A stretch of 64,000 nt of DNA from Wickerhamiella versatilis (lineage: Eukaryota): positions 620,001 through 684,000 of the forward strand of contig JAQOWU010000007.1 of the NCBI GenBank assembly GCA_030867685.1. Direction: 5' to 3'. The notes under the pieces were generated by a model that was given only the letters and a program-made list of their open reading frames with translations, made no database searches and was not told where the DNA came from. Numbering within the stretch: the first letter of the stretch is position 1; each line of letters starts with the position of its first letter. Positions 52,905-62,866 of the stretch are shown in pieces. The translations under genes were made by a program, and so were the position numbers.

Positions 52905-54689
52905 ATGGATCCTGAGATCCAGGAGCGTTTCGGAGTGCTCGCGGCATTGCAGGAAGAGATAAGGGGGCAGTCATTTACGAATATCAAGGATCTTATCCTC
53001 GCAACATTGGATGATGAGACATTAAGCTTGAAGACTAAACGTGACCGGTTGAAAGCCGCATGCCAGACATCACGCGATTCATTAGATACCATGCAGCGAT
53101 TAATGGCTGATTATAAGCTGGGAGTTTTGGATATTGAATTGAAGCCTCCTTTTGAGCCGCTCCTGGAGAAATTGAACAACATCAGTCGTGATATACGTAT
53201 GGCACATGATCAGAGACTAGAAAGGCGCAGAGTCGCATTGGAAACAATGACGGCATTAACGGATGAGCTGGAAGAATTGCCACCTTGCACAATACCTACT
53301 GGTAATGTTTCAGGTGCGGGAAGTCTTAGTTTGGGGACTATCTGTGATCTAGAATCTGCCGTAGAGGAAATGCAGATTTTGTCGAAAGAACGCGCAAAAC
53401 AGGCGGAAGCAATTTGCAACGAAATTAGTGCGCTGAAGAAGCTGTTAGGTATTCAGGATGAACCTTTGCGTATATCTTCCGCGGGAAAACTATCCCAGAA
53501 ACGTCTCACTGACCTGAGAATAGCAAAAGACCATCTCGAAAAAGAAACAACCAGGCGGAGAGATGAGATGAACTCTCTTCACATGCGACGATCTAATCTT
53601 AGAAAAATGCTCGATATGGATCCTGTGCCTCTATCTTCCTTTCTCGGTCAAGATGAATTTGATGCGGTAAAACAAGATCTGAGCTTGCTCGAGAATTTAA
53701 AATTACAGCATATGGAGAAATTTGTGAAAAAGGCCCGGAATGAACTAATTAGTCTTGGCTCAAGACTCTTTTTGACGACAGAGGAAATTACATTACCTCG
53801 TGAGGATTACACAGAGGAAGCTCTTGTTGAACATGAAAACGCTATTCTCTGCTTCAGTAAAGAGTTGGAAAATCCTGAAAGACAGAAAATTTCAAAATAT
53901 ATATCTGAATTTTTGCATATCCAGGAAATCGAGGCGGAGTTAACTGAATTGATGAAAGATCCGACTCGCTATAATAGACGAGGGAAGGAAATGCTCTCGG
54001 AACAGAAGAAAAGAGATTTTGTTACTCGTCGTAAGCCGGCAATTGTAGCGATGCTTTCAAAACTGCTAAATGAGTGGGCTATGAATCATGATCAAATCAT
54101 TTTGGTATTTGGAAAAGATATTAGAAATGAAATACATGAACTTAATGCGAAACTCAACCACGTCCGTTCAAACTCCCGTGTAGTACGACCAATTCCCCCC
54201 CCTGTCGCTAACGAACAAGACCGCAGGTCCTCATCACGACTTGGTAAATCAGTTTCAATAGATCAGCGAGAAAGTCAGAGTCAGAGTCACAGTCAGAATC
54301 AGGACCAGAAACACATTCCTTCGAGCGCATCCTCACAAGTTGTAGCTGCAGCGGCTACAGACAATGCTAAAGCTTCTGAGCAAAAAATTAAGACAAGAAA
54401 ATCTCAGGCCCTTGCAGCAATAAAAAGTGCACCTGCGAGGATCAAGCGTGCTTTAAATTCACACCCAGGAATCTCCAAAGACAGAAGGCTATCTAATTCC
54501 TCAAAACCAATCAAGGTTGCCCCTAGCGAGAATAAGAATGTTTCCAAAAGACCTAAAGGGGGGAAGGAAAATGTTTTGAGTCCTGGGACAGCCTTTCAAG
54601 AATGGAAAAGGAAAAAAGTGCCTCGCGATAACCCAAACGACACCTATACACTGGGACCATCATTCCGTTATTCGACTGATGGATTTTAG
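52905..54689 (+). CDS. ASE1: Microtubule cross-linker of the Ase1/PRC1/MAP65 family
   Basis: Coiled-coil rod, DP.RYN.RG...L.E.K.R motif and a basic disordered tail. Confidence 0.75.
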   Translation: MDPEIQERFGVLAALQEEIRGQSFTNIKDLILATLDDETLSLKTKRDRLKAACQTSRDSLDTMQRLMADYKLGVLDIELKPPFEPLLEKLNNISRDIRMAHDQRLERRRVALETMTALTDELEELPPCTIPTGNVSGAGSLSLGTICDLESAVEEMQILSKERAKQAEAICNEISALKKLLGIQDEPLRISSAGKLSQKRLTDLRIAKDHLEKETTRRRDEMNSLHMRRSNLRKMLDMDPVPLSSFLGQDEFDAVKQDLSLLENLKLQHMEKFVKKARNELISLGSRLFLTTEEITLPREDYTEEALVEHENAILCFSKELENPERQKISKYISEFLHIQEIEAELTELMKDPTRYNRRGKEMLSEQKKRDFVTRRKPAIVAMLSKLLNEWAMNHDQIILVFGKDIRNEIHELNAKLNHVRSNSRVVRPIPPPVANEQDRRSSSRLGKSVSIDQRESQSQSHSQNQDQKHIPSSASSQVVAAAATDNAKASEQKIKTRKSQALAAIKSAPARIKRALNSHPGISKDRRLSNSSKPIKVAPSENKNVSKRPKGGKENVLSPGTAFQEWKRKKVPRDNPNDTYTLGPSFRYSTDGF

Positions 54690-54907
54690 CATTGTCTATT
54701 TTATTTTTGTCTCTATTTTTATTAAATTTCTTAATCTGCACCATAGATTTTGGGGACTTCATCAGAAATATCCCCGTTGACTAGTGAGCCATGCCATGCA
54801 TGTGTTACTATATCATATCATTCTATATCTCCAATGAAGAAAACTAAAATGATTCAAGCTTTGACGATAAGCTAGATAGATTGAAACCATGTCTCTCAAA
54901 ACTAAAT

Positions 54908-57118
54908 TTAGGTAAAAGCTGTCGTAAATCTCTTTTCGTCATCCCCCTCAAAATGAAACAAAGTCGCTAAGACCGGCATAAGCTGCTTCCGTTGATCTTT
55001 GCGTTCAACGAAACCGAGTAGAACATTTTTTGCGTATGCCGCCCTCTTACTTTCCTCATCAGAAGATTCACCGACCGCTGAACTGCTGCTAGGAGTCGAA
55101 ATCGATGAGGCCCTTTCTCTTTGACGCTGCTGTTTTAGAAGCGCGTTTTCCTCACGAAGCTGCTCTAGGTCATCTTGCAGTGCACGCTGTGTTTTCTGAA
55201 GACGTTCCACACGAAGCGTTGCATCGTCTCCTATTTTCTTGAGTAGATCGTTAGCTTTCATGGCAGATTCTGCCGACTTACGTGCCTTTTGAAGCTCAAG
55301 CTGCAGCTCTGAAGAAGATTCAATGCTCGATGCTGATTTCTTTGAGGACCCAAGAATGAGCTGAGTCTCTCGAAGTTCAGCTTCTAGGCTGGACCTTGAA
55401 TTATCTGACGCAGCTAGAAGTTCTTCTGTAGTCTGTACTCGCTTTCGAAGGTTTGTTATCTGTTCTCGAAGCTGACCTGACTCACGAACAAGGCGTGCAC
55501 TCAATGCTTCGACCTCACTTTCTAATTGATCTCGCTCTTGTTGGATTTCCTCTAATTGATACTGATTATCATTGGATTTCAACTGTTTGTCTTGATCCCG
55601 TGAACGCATTAAGTTGCGCATGCTAGCAGCCTCTTGTAAGCGTTCCGAGGCTTGTGCTTGCGCCTCTGCGGCCTCATCTCTCAATATATCAGCCTCCTGA
55701 ACAGCCTCTGCATATCTCTGTCGCAGCTCACCTATCTGTGTCCGCAAAGATTCCTGAGTTTTAAATTGGACGTCTGCTGATGCTACTCGAGCACGAAGTT
55801 CGACAATCTGGGATGTGAGTTCTGCTCGTTCCTTCTGCAGCTTAGATTCTCGGGATTGAATAGCATCACGCTCAGCTGATAGCTTTCTTGCAGAAGCAAG
55901 CTCTTCACGGAGTGAAACTCTTTCGCTTTCAAGTGCTTTGGCACGCTTTTGCAAAGAGGCGATCTGATTTTGTAGACTACCTCTTTCGTTCTGAAACTTT
56001 ACCTGGAAGTTTTCCGCTTTTATCCGTTCCGCTTGGATTCTTGCCCGATCCTCGTCAATCTGCTTTATTTTTATTTGGTCCTCTTTCTTCTCTTCTTTGG
56101 CCTTTTCGTATTGTGTGACGATGTTGCGATGCTCTAGTTCTAAGCCATCATATTTGGTCTTGAGTTGCTTGAGACTATCCTGTGATGAGTTATAGTCGGA
56201 TTCCAGTTTTTTATAGTCTTCTCGAAGCTTTGCCAACTCTGAATCAAGCTTGTCATATTGTGACTGAAGTTCCTGTATTTTCCCCTGGTTCTGAGTATCA
56301 CCAGTGCCGCCTTTCTTTCTATTCTTTTTCCTTGACGACTTGCTAGAAGGTGCTGCTGGGTCAGCATCCGCAGCAACGGTCTGGGCTTGATCATGTCGAT
56401 TTTGCTCGAGCTCGTGCTCGAGGTGGCTTATTCGTTCAAGGAGTTTTTCCTTTTCCGTTTGAAGATGGTCCTTGGCTAGTGTCAATTCATTTTTTAATGC
56501 AATCAAAGATTCTTTTTCTTCAGTCAAAGTGTTGTTTTCCTTTCGTGCCTTCTCAAGCTCTTCCTCCGACGAATTGTTTGTGGAGACGCGCCCAAGCTCT
56601 TCGCGAAGCATTTCATTCTTGGAGTTGAGTCCATCTAAAAAGTTTATCATCGCTTGTGGATCAGCAATGGTATGACAGGGAGTGTGTTCCGATAGTACTT
56701 TTTCGAAAAGTTTTACAAGTTCGCCTTTCTTTTTTTCAATTCGGTATGCCTTCAAAAGTTGCGGGTACTTTTCCTCATATTTAGAATATTTTGCGAGTAT
56801 TGTCTTCAATTCAGCGTCAGAAACCTCCTGGGGAGTGGTACTCTCATTGGCTTCTGGCTTTGGTACCTCCTTAGTAGGCTGGGACACCTCCGAGCCTACC
56901 GACTTTGAAGTACCATTTGAATTTGCAGGTGTTGGGTCCGTGTAAGCGTCTTGGCTGTCCATGACAATAGCTTGAAGCTCTGGAGTTTCAGTATGGAGTA
57001 ACTTAGAATTTCTCTCGATTAAACTCACTGGGTCACTCTTTTCCTTTTGTGGGCCAGCAAGTGCTTGTTCAAACTCTTCACCTATTGTTTGGCGAAGTTG
57101 CGAAATACGTGAGAACAT
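54908..57118 (-). CDS. IMH1: GRIP-domain golgin
   Basis: Long coiled coil ending in YAKNVLLGF.E.KDQR.QL.PVL.TLF (GRIP). First ATG is at 57118. Confidence 0.85.
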   Translation of the reverse strand: MFSRISQLRQTIGEEFEQALAGPQKEKSDPVSLIERNSKLLHTETPELQAIVMDSQDAYTDPTPANSNGTSKSVGSEVSQPTKEVPKPEANESTTPQEVSDAELKTILAKYSKYEEKYPQLLKAYRIEKKKGELVKLFEKVLSEHTPCHTIADPQAMINFLDGLNSKNEMLREELGRVSTNNSSEEELEKARKENNTLTEEKESLIALKNELTLAKDHLQTEKEKLLERISHLEHELEQNRHDQAQTVAADADPAAPSSKSSRKKNRKKGGTGDTQNQGKIQELQSQYDKLDSELAKLREDYKKLESDYNSSQDSLKQLKTKYDGLELEHRNIVTQYEKAKEEKKEDQIKIKQIDEDRARIQAERIKAENFQVKFQNERGSLQNQIASLQKRAKALESERVSLREELASARKLSAERDAIQSRESKLQKERAELTSQIVELRARVASADVQFKTQESLRTQIGELRQRYAEAVQEADILRDEAAEAQAQASERLQEAASMRNLMRSRDQDKQLKSNDNQYQLEEIQQERDQLESEVEALSARLVRESGQLREQITNLRKRVQTTEELLAASDNSRSSLEAELRETQLILGSSKKSASSIESSSELQLELQKARKSAESAMKANDLLKKIGDDATLRVERLQKTQRALQDDLEQLREENALLKQQRQRERASSISTPSSSSAVGESSDEESKRAAYAKNVLLGFVERKDQRKQLMPVLATLFHFEGDDEKRFTTAFT

Positions 57119-57183
57119 AAACGCGGGCCAGGAGCCAAGCAAGTGCCGTCGAGATCACACCTTGCTTACTTAAGATTAGCACT

Positions 57184-57804
57184 ATGTTGCCGACATTTGA
57201 AGTTCTCTATGCTGTACCGATGACATGCCAGGATTGTGTGGACTCCATTGGCGGGGTGCTTAAAACACTTCCAGGTGTTGAATCATATAATATTTATCTT
57301 GACAGAAAGGAGCTGTTTATTCGAGGTAATGTACTTCCTTCGAGGATAGTAGAGAAAATGCAAGACATTGGCCGCGACGCCTTTGTTCGTGGATCAGGAA
57401 AACCAGATAGCAGTGCTGTGTGTATTCTGGAAAATAGCCAGGGCTCTCCTAAGGGCCTTGTGAGAATTGTGGCGACAGGACCGAAGTCTTCCCTCTTCGA
57501 CGTAAGCTTATCTGGGATTAGAAGTGCAACGCTAAGTGTCCACCAGTATGGTGATATCAGCAGAGGTCCGCAAAGTGCTGGTGACTCACTATTTGAAATT
57601 TGCAAGGCACCAGAGACATTTGGTCTCTGCCCTGTTTCATTACCGTCCTTAATCGGCCGATCCATAGTTGCAGATTCCCCCCATGGGTCTCTCGTAGGCG
57701 TAATTGCCCGAAGTGCAGGCTTATGGGAAAATGATAAGCAGGTTTGTTCGTGTTCTGGGCAGACTCTTTGGCAAGAACGAGAAAATGCCTCGATACGCCT
57801 TTAA
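57184..57804 (+). CDS. CCS1: Copper chaperone for superoxide dismutase
   Basis: MTCQDC HMA motif, LIGRS and GVIARSAGLWENDKQVCSCSG.TLW.E. Confidence 0.93.
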   Translation: MLPTFEVLYAVPMTCQDCVDSIGGVLKTLPGVESYNIYLDRKELFIRGNVLPSRIVEKMQDIGRDAFVRGSGKPDSSAVCILENSQGSPKGLVRIVATGPKSSLFDVSLSGIRSATLSVHQYGDISRGPQSAGDSLFEICKAPETFGLCPVSLPSLIGRSIVADSPHGSLVGVIARSAGLWENDKQVCSCSGQTLWQERENASIRL

Positions 57805-57965
57805 TTTTTTTCATAACTTACATATTTGCCTATATATATTCATATATAAACATAGAACAAAAGTTATGAAGTGGGTAAACATTGTTTACTAGAGGAGAAT
57901 TTAAATTAAAAAGTAAATAAGTAAAAATTTAAGAAAAAAATAAATAGACCATGTGAAAATATAAA

Positions 57966-60518
57966 TCATGCCTTAGGCTCCTGAACTCGTGATAGATCGT
58001 ACAGCGCATTCAAGCTAGGCGCTTTTGCCGTATTCACTGCAAGATAATTCTGTACTTCGGGTAACGGCATCAAAGGATAAGACATATCTTGAAATCGTAA
58101 AGTTTCAGATATGATAGCTGCACATTGTGACCACTTAGCCCAGTTCACCAGTCCTGGGTCTTGTCCCAGAAAATCGGAGTTGCCATCAAGACTAAAACGT
58201 AGATCCATGAGGCAAATTCCAAGAAAGGGGACTGCCTGGTTTGCCACTAGAGAAAGCATTACGCGGTACTCACTAAAGTTACGAGCAGAATTCATCAAAC
58301 GACACATAACTTGCAGGTCAGCGACAACCTCGCCTTTCACTAGAGGCCAAGTTGCACCAAGACGGTATACACCTGCTGAGTATAGAGCTGTAATTACCGA
58401 CATCATTGCAGAGAAATTTTTAAGATCTTGACATGCTTTGGAAACCCGAATAAAGTATTCAATTCGTCGAGCACGTTCCAGCGGGTAATGCGGCTCCAAG
58501 ACCTGCTGGACTATCCAGCAAACTTCTTGATTCCAAGCTTTAATAAATTCGGCAACGTTGTCCTTTTTAGGGGACTTATGTCTCCATAAAAGCTCTCGAG
58601 GCGAAATCTTGGAGAAATAATGATAATTGCGCAAAGTAATCTGTCGTGCCATTTCCAGAGGTGGTACATCGCCCAAACTTAGCTGTCTGTGAGGGCGAAG
58701 CTCCATTGGCACCTCTAGAGACATGGCACTAGACTTCCGAGGTTTCTCTATCGGTTCTCCCGCGGTTCGTTGGATAAATATCTCTTTCAACTTAGATGAT
58801 CCCGGAAAGTCCGAATCTCTCAGACGGTCAATGAAGCGCCCAGCTCTCTGTACAACTTCCTCATCCGCATCCAAAGGCCAATATGACTCAAGCAGCTGCT
58901 TGAGCACTTTAGTTACCCGAAGCCGGATTGGGCGCTGGATCGTCTCCTCCCAAACAACAAATGATTCTCTGGTGAGACCAATGAGCGGTTGTATTGCAAA
59001 ACGATCCTGAAGTAAATCAATGAAATCGAGGTCAGTGAGAAATGCTGGGTATGTCAAGAGGAATGCTGCAGTGGCGTCACTTAGTTGATCATGATGTGTG
59101 ATTGTTGCCAACAGCGCAGCCCGCGTACCACCACGGATTCCTCCGCTATGATCATAAACAAGACCAGAGGGGTCAGGTGTAACTAATACTGTAGTGTTCT
59201 CTGGCTCCGAAGTCCAGTTCAAAGACTTCAACAAATCTGTGAGATTTACCAACAGGACAGCAAGATACTGAGCCGACCGCAAGACGTTACCCCAGCCCAC
59301 AAAAATGTCGGTTTCGTGCACTTCCCAGTGTCGCTCACATTCAATGAGCCCACAAAACATCTTGATCTTCTGCTCGATGAATTTCAATTCATCCTCGGGG
59401 TTTACACTTAGACATTCCATTACGCAAAGTGCACTTCTGAATACGGCTCGTGCCATTAACATTTGACCGTAGAGGGCTGTATTAGGTGCTTGACTCACGT
59501 GCGAGGGCATTTCAACGAATCGGCGCAAGAACTTCGCCTTTGTAGATAGGTCGGAAACAATCAAAGAGGAGAGTGGTGTTAGGAACTGGAAATACTCTAG
59601 TTGTAACGGCTGTATCGGTGGAGGAGAAACAGAAATGCGATTGCCACGTCGGTCTACAACCGAATGTGCCCAATCCTGAGATAGTGAGAGGACACAGAAT
59701 TTAGACAACGAGTTACCCCATAAGCCTTTCTCTCTTGCACATTCTATAAATTCAAGAACAATATCAACAATATCTTCGTATTTCCTTCTTCCAAGCTCCA
59801 TTTCCCGTAAATATGCTTGGACAAGCCACCAATAAACAGCGATGGTACCATGTCCAAGCGCTGGATATGTACCAATGGGTATTCCCGCACATAAGCCAAC
59901 ACCAGCCACTGTTGCTTTAATTGAACACAACGAGGATCCCACGTTCTCTATGACACTTTCAGCAGCTTCGGACCAGTTATTGAAGTCTGGAATTTTTATA
60001 TTGAGCGGGGGATGACCGTCAGTAGAGCAACTAGATAGTCTTCTCAACGAACTATAAAAGTCGGCGTTGCGGTATATGAAGTCCCCCCTTCGTTCCTGGA
60101 TGGGCTCGCCCCCATGGCTGGTATCATGCCGATCGCACATCCACTGAGGCAAATGAATATCAAAAGTAGATAAGCGAGTTATGTTTGACGTGAAAGTAAG
60201 CTCTCTTGAGACCTGACCCGTCGAGGGGTCGACGTATGCTATAGCTCCATTCTTCCACGTAGGGATGGATACAACTGATTCTGCACCAGTATCCGTAGTA
60301 TCGGACAACTGCGTCATGTATGACGTTTGGCTTCCTTCTCTACCTCTCTCAGACAAAATTTCATCTGTTTGCGGACTTAAACTGCCTGCATTAACATCTG
60401 TTCGAGATAGCCATGGTCCACGTGGACTACCCCCATCCATCCAGTGCTTGTCTTCGTCCCAAATTTTGGGATTTAAATTTTGGACTAACTTGGTAGTCTC
60501 TTCCGGAGTAGACTCCAT
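57966..60518 (-). CDS. Ras guanine-nucleotide exchange factor (REM + CDC25 domains)
   Basis: FLLTY, RLRV..VLK, EMARQIT, L.NFS, VPFLG..L.DL and VNW.K. No SH3 domain visible. Confidence 0.88.
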   Translation of the reverse strand: MESTPEETTKLVQNLNPKIWDEDKHWMDGGSPRGPWLSRTDVNAGSLSPQTDEILSERGREGSQTSYMTQLSDTTDTGAESVVSIPTWKNGAIAYVDPSTGQVSRELTFTSNITRLSTFDIHLPQWMCDRHDTSHGGEPIQERRGDFIYRNADFYSSLRRLSSCSTDGHPPLNIKIPDFNNWSEAAESVIENVGSSLCSIKATVAGVGLCAGIPIGTYPALGHGTIAVYWWLVQAYLREMELGRRKYEDIVDIVLEFIECAREKGLWGNSLSKFCVLSLSQDWAHSVVDRRGNRISVSPPPIQPLQLEYFQFLTPLSSLIVSDLSTKAKFLRRFVEMPSHVSQAPNTALYGQMLMARAVFRSALCVMECLSVNPEDELKFIEQKIKMFCGLIECERHWEVHETDIFVGWGNVLRSAQYLAVLLVNLTDLLKSLNWTSEPENTTVLVTPDPSGLVYDHSGGIRGGTRAALLATITHHDQLSDATAAFLLTYPAFLTDLDFIDLLQDRFAIQPLIGLTRESFVVWEETIQRPIRLRVTKVLKQLLESYWPLDADEEVVQRAGRFIDRLRDSDFPGSSKLKEIFIQRTAGEPIEKPRKSSAMSLEVPMELRPHRQLSLGDVPPLEMARQITLRNYHYFSKISPRELLWRHKSPKKDNVAEFIKAWNQEVCWIVQQVLEPHYPLERARRIEYFIRVSKACQDLKNFSAMMSVITALYSAGVYRLGATWPLVKGEVVADLQVMCRLMNSARNFSEYRVMLSLVANQAVPFLGICLMDLRFSLDGNSDFLGQDPGLVNWAKWSQCAAIISETLRFQDMSYPLMPLPEVQNYLAVNTAKAPSLNALYDLSRVQEPKA

Positions 60519-60993
60519 ACTTTCGGTGCTTTCCAGTTAAAGCCTCCGCACCTACGAGAATTACTAATTAACCACTGAATCATGAGAATATCAACGCACT
60601 CACGGGCAAGGGTTGAAGGTCCATTCGGATCTATTCGGGTAGAATCTAACCGATTGCGAATTTCTGTCATTTACGTTTGCACTAAATAGCTACTAGCTCT
60701 AGATTTGCTGACGCCTAGTAAACAAAATTAATCGAAATAACATTTTTCATTACAACAAGGCGATCAGGGTAGGTGTCTGGGCGGCATGCGATCGCCCGCG
60801 AAATCCTGGTGATGCTGTAGATCAAAGATGAATTTTCATGGGCGTCGTGGCAGGGTGAGCAACTCTTGGCAGGTCGTAAGAAACTCGTGTAACCAGGGTA
60901 GATCTTGGATTACCTACCCTTGTTGTGGCTTTGAAAATCCCTTTCGGTGGCAATATGTAGCAATGACGGTCAAGTTGCTGATTCTATCGACAT

Positions 60994-62403
60994 TCAATGA
61001 GTCTGGTTGAATTGCTGAGTTTGACTTGATGCCTGAAGATAGTTCTCATCGCAACCACAACCGCCATTGTCGTCATCGTACCCACCGTTATCATAACCAT
61101 AGTATCCCCCATTATTCCCATAACCTCCGTAGCCCCCGTAGCCTCCATAACCTCCGTGGCCTCCATAGCCTCCATAGCCTCCATAATTTCCTGAACCGCC
61201 GTAACCGCCGTAACCACCATAATCTCCTGGATTGCCACCATAACCACCATAACCTCCGTAACCACCATTATAGGCACCCGAGGTCTGGTAGCCTCCATTA
61301 GTACGATAACTGCCATAGTACCCGGAACTTCCATAACCACCATAACCACCATAACCGCCATAACCGCCATAGCCACCATAGCCACCATAGCTGCCATAGC
61401 TGCCATAGTTTGTATAGGTTGAAATATGTGACTTGTTTAATGTCAAAGTAGCAGTGTGTTCGGAAGGAGAAGCAGTAACTACCACAACGTTTGTAGTGGT
61501 CGCTACAGAATCACCCCCATTTGACATGGTAGATGGTAGAGTTACCACAGAGGGATAATAATTGGTGATAGTTTCTGCTGGAAGCGATGCAGTGTACGTG
61601 GTTGTGACAAGACTGCTTAAGATACTGACAGGGCCTGGCTCTGTTGGTAACCACCAACTTGATCTTGATGGGTCCAATGTAAAGACACTAGTAACTACTT
61701 CTGGTTCTGATCTTGTTAATTCAGATGACACCACCTGACCCGAAACGGTGACATACACGGTCGAAGTCTGCAATGTAGGCAATGCTGTGAATATAGTAGT
61801 GTAATAAGACTCAGTTTGTCTGGGTGGAGTGTACGATGGTTCTATATTGAAGGTACTGAATGATGAAACAGAGGTAGGACTCGTAGTTAAACCCCCATAT
61901 CTAGTTGATGGGCTCAGTGTGAAAGCATTTGTGGCTGCCCCTGGTTCTGTTATGGTATATTCAGATGTTATCACTTCACCTGAGACTGTAACATATACGG
62001 TCTCGGTTTGCAATGAGGGCAATGCAGTAAATATAGTACTGTAATAAGATTCTGTCTCTCCAGGATCGGTTACAGTGTATGTGATCGCGGAGGCATATGT
62101 AGAGCTACCTCCTTCAGTAACGGTAGTGTAAGAGGTAGACTTCTGTGCTGTAGAAACAACTGTGGTCGGTCCACCCACGGGAATGGTGCTTGATGCTGTA
62201 TCGGATACTTCGCTGTAAGAAGTGGATACGGCGCTGCTTGTTTGCCAGTATGGTGTACTATAGGTATCAAAGGATGGGGTTGGCTCATAGGATGGTGTCT
62301 CCAATGAATTCTTATGATGAAACCACCATTTTTCTTGAATTTCAGAGGAGGCAGCTGCATTCACAGGTACATATAATGCGGAAAATAGAGAAATGAGCAA
62401 CAT
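60994..62403 (-). CDS. Secreted Ser/Thr-rich protein with a C-terminal Gly-Gly-Tyr repeat domain
   Basis: Signal-peptide-like N-terminus, mucin-like S/T region with an internal duplication, and roughly 20 GGY-type triplets. Confidence 0.8.
   Translation of the reverse strand: MLLISLFSALYVPVNAAASSEIQEKWWFHHKNSLETPSYEPTPSFDTYSTPYWQTSSAVSTSYSEVSDTASSTIPVGGPTTVVSTAQKSTSYTTVTEGGSSTYASAITYTVTDPGETESYYSTIFTALPSLQTETVYVTVSGEVITSEYTITEPGAATNAFTLSPSTRYGGLTTSPTSVSSFSTFNIEPSYTPPRQTESYYTTIFTALPTLQTSTVYVTVSGQVVSSELTRSEPEVVTSVFTLDPSRSSWWLPTEPGPVSILSSLVTTTYTASLPAETITNYYPSVVTLPSTMSNGGDSVATTTNVVVVTASPSEHTATLTLNKSHISTYTNYGSYGSYGGYGGYGGYGGYGGYGGYGSSGYYGSYRTNGGYQTSGAYNGGYGGYGGYGGNPGDYGGYGGYGGSGNYGGYGGYGGHGGYGGYGGYGGYGNNGGYYGYDNGGYDDDNGGCGCDENYLQASSQTQQFNQTH
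61085..61410 (-). repeat. Coding 9-bp tandem repeat (GGY)n
   Basis: ccataacca/ccatagcca/ccgtaaccg-type units on the + strand. Confidence 0.9.
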
Positions 62404-62866
62404 TTCAGTTCGGATCTTATTTCAGTGAAGACCTTCTTATATGACTACCACAGTTGGGTACTACGACTGTTTAAGTGAAGCTTGGAATCTTAAAATGGAA
62501 TAAAATACATACCTAAATGCTTGTAAAAAATACGAGATTTTTCAGACGGAAGTGCTAACGAATCAAGATTCATATCATTAAACCAATAAGTTCTTCACTT
62601 AACAGTTCCACACAATTCATGCAGTTAAGCGACATTCTTAGCCATAGTTAGCTCTGAAACTTTAAATATTATTGCGTATATGGAGCGAAACCTAGTTAAC
62701 ATTTGCAAAATATTATGCCACCTGTTTTAAGAAAGTTTTTCGCACACTGTAATGACGCCTTTAGCTTAGAAGAATCTATTACTTAGGACCTAAAAGCATC
62801 CTAAACTTTGGCAACAGCCTCTAAAGCAGACTGCCGGGAGTAGGATATACGATAATCGATGATATT

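Noticed and set aside
27534-60518. RasGAP and RasGEF in the same window as a functional cluster
   Set aside because: They are about 28 kb apart with many unrelated genes between them.
60984-61406. Alternative-frame Met/Val/Ala-repeat ORF
   Set aside because: Frame-shifted reading of the GGY repeat.
61085-61410. Tandem repeats as a CRISPR or telomeric array
   Set aside because: The units are in-frame 9-bp coding repeats with synonymous variation and no spacers, in a eukaryotic context.
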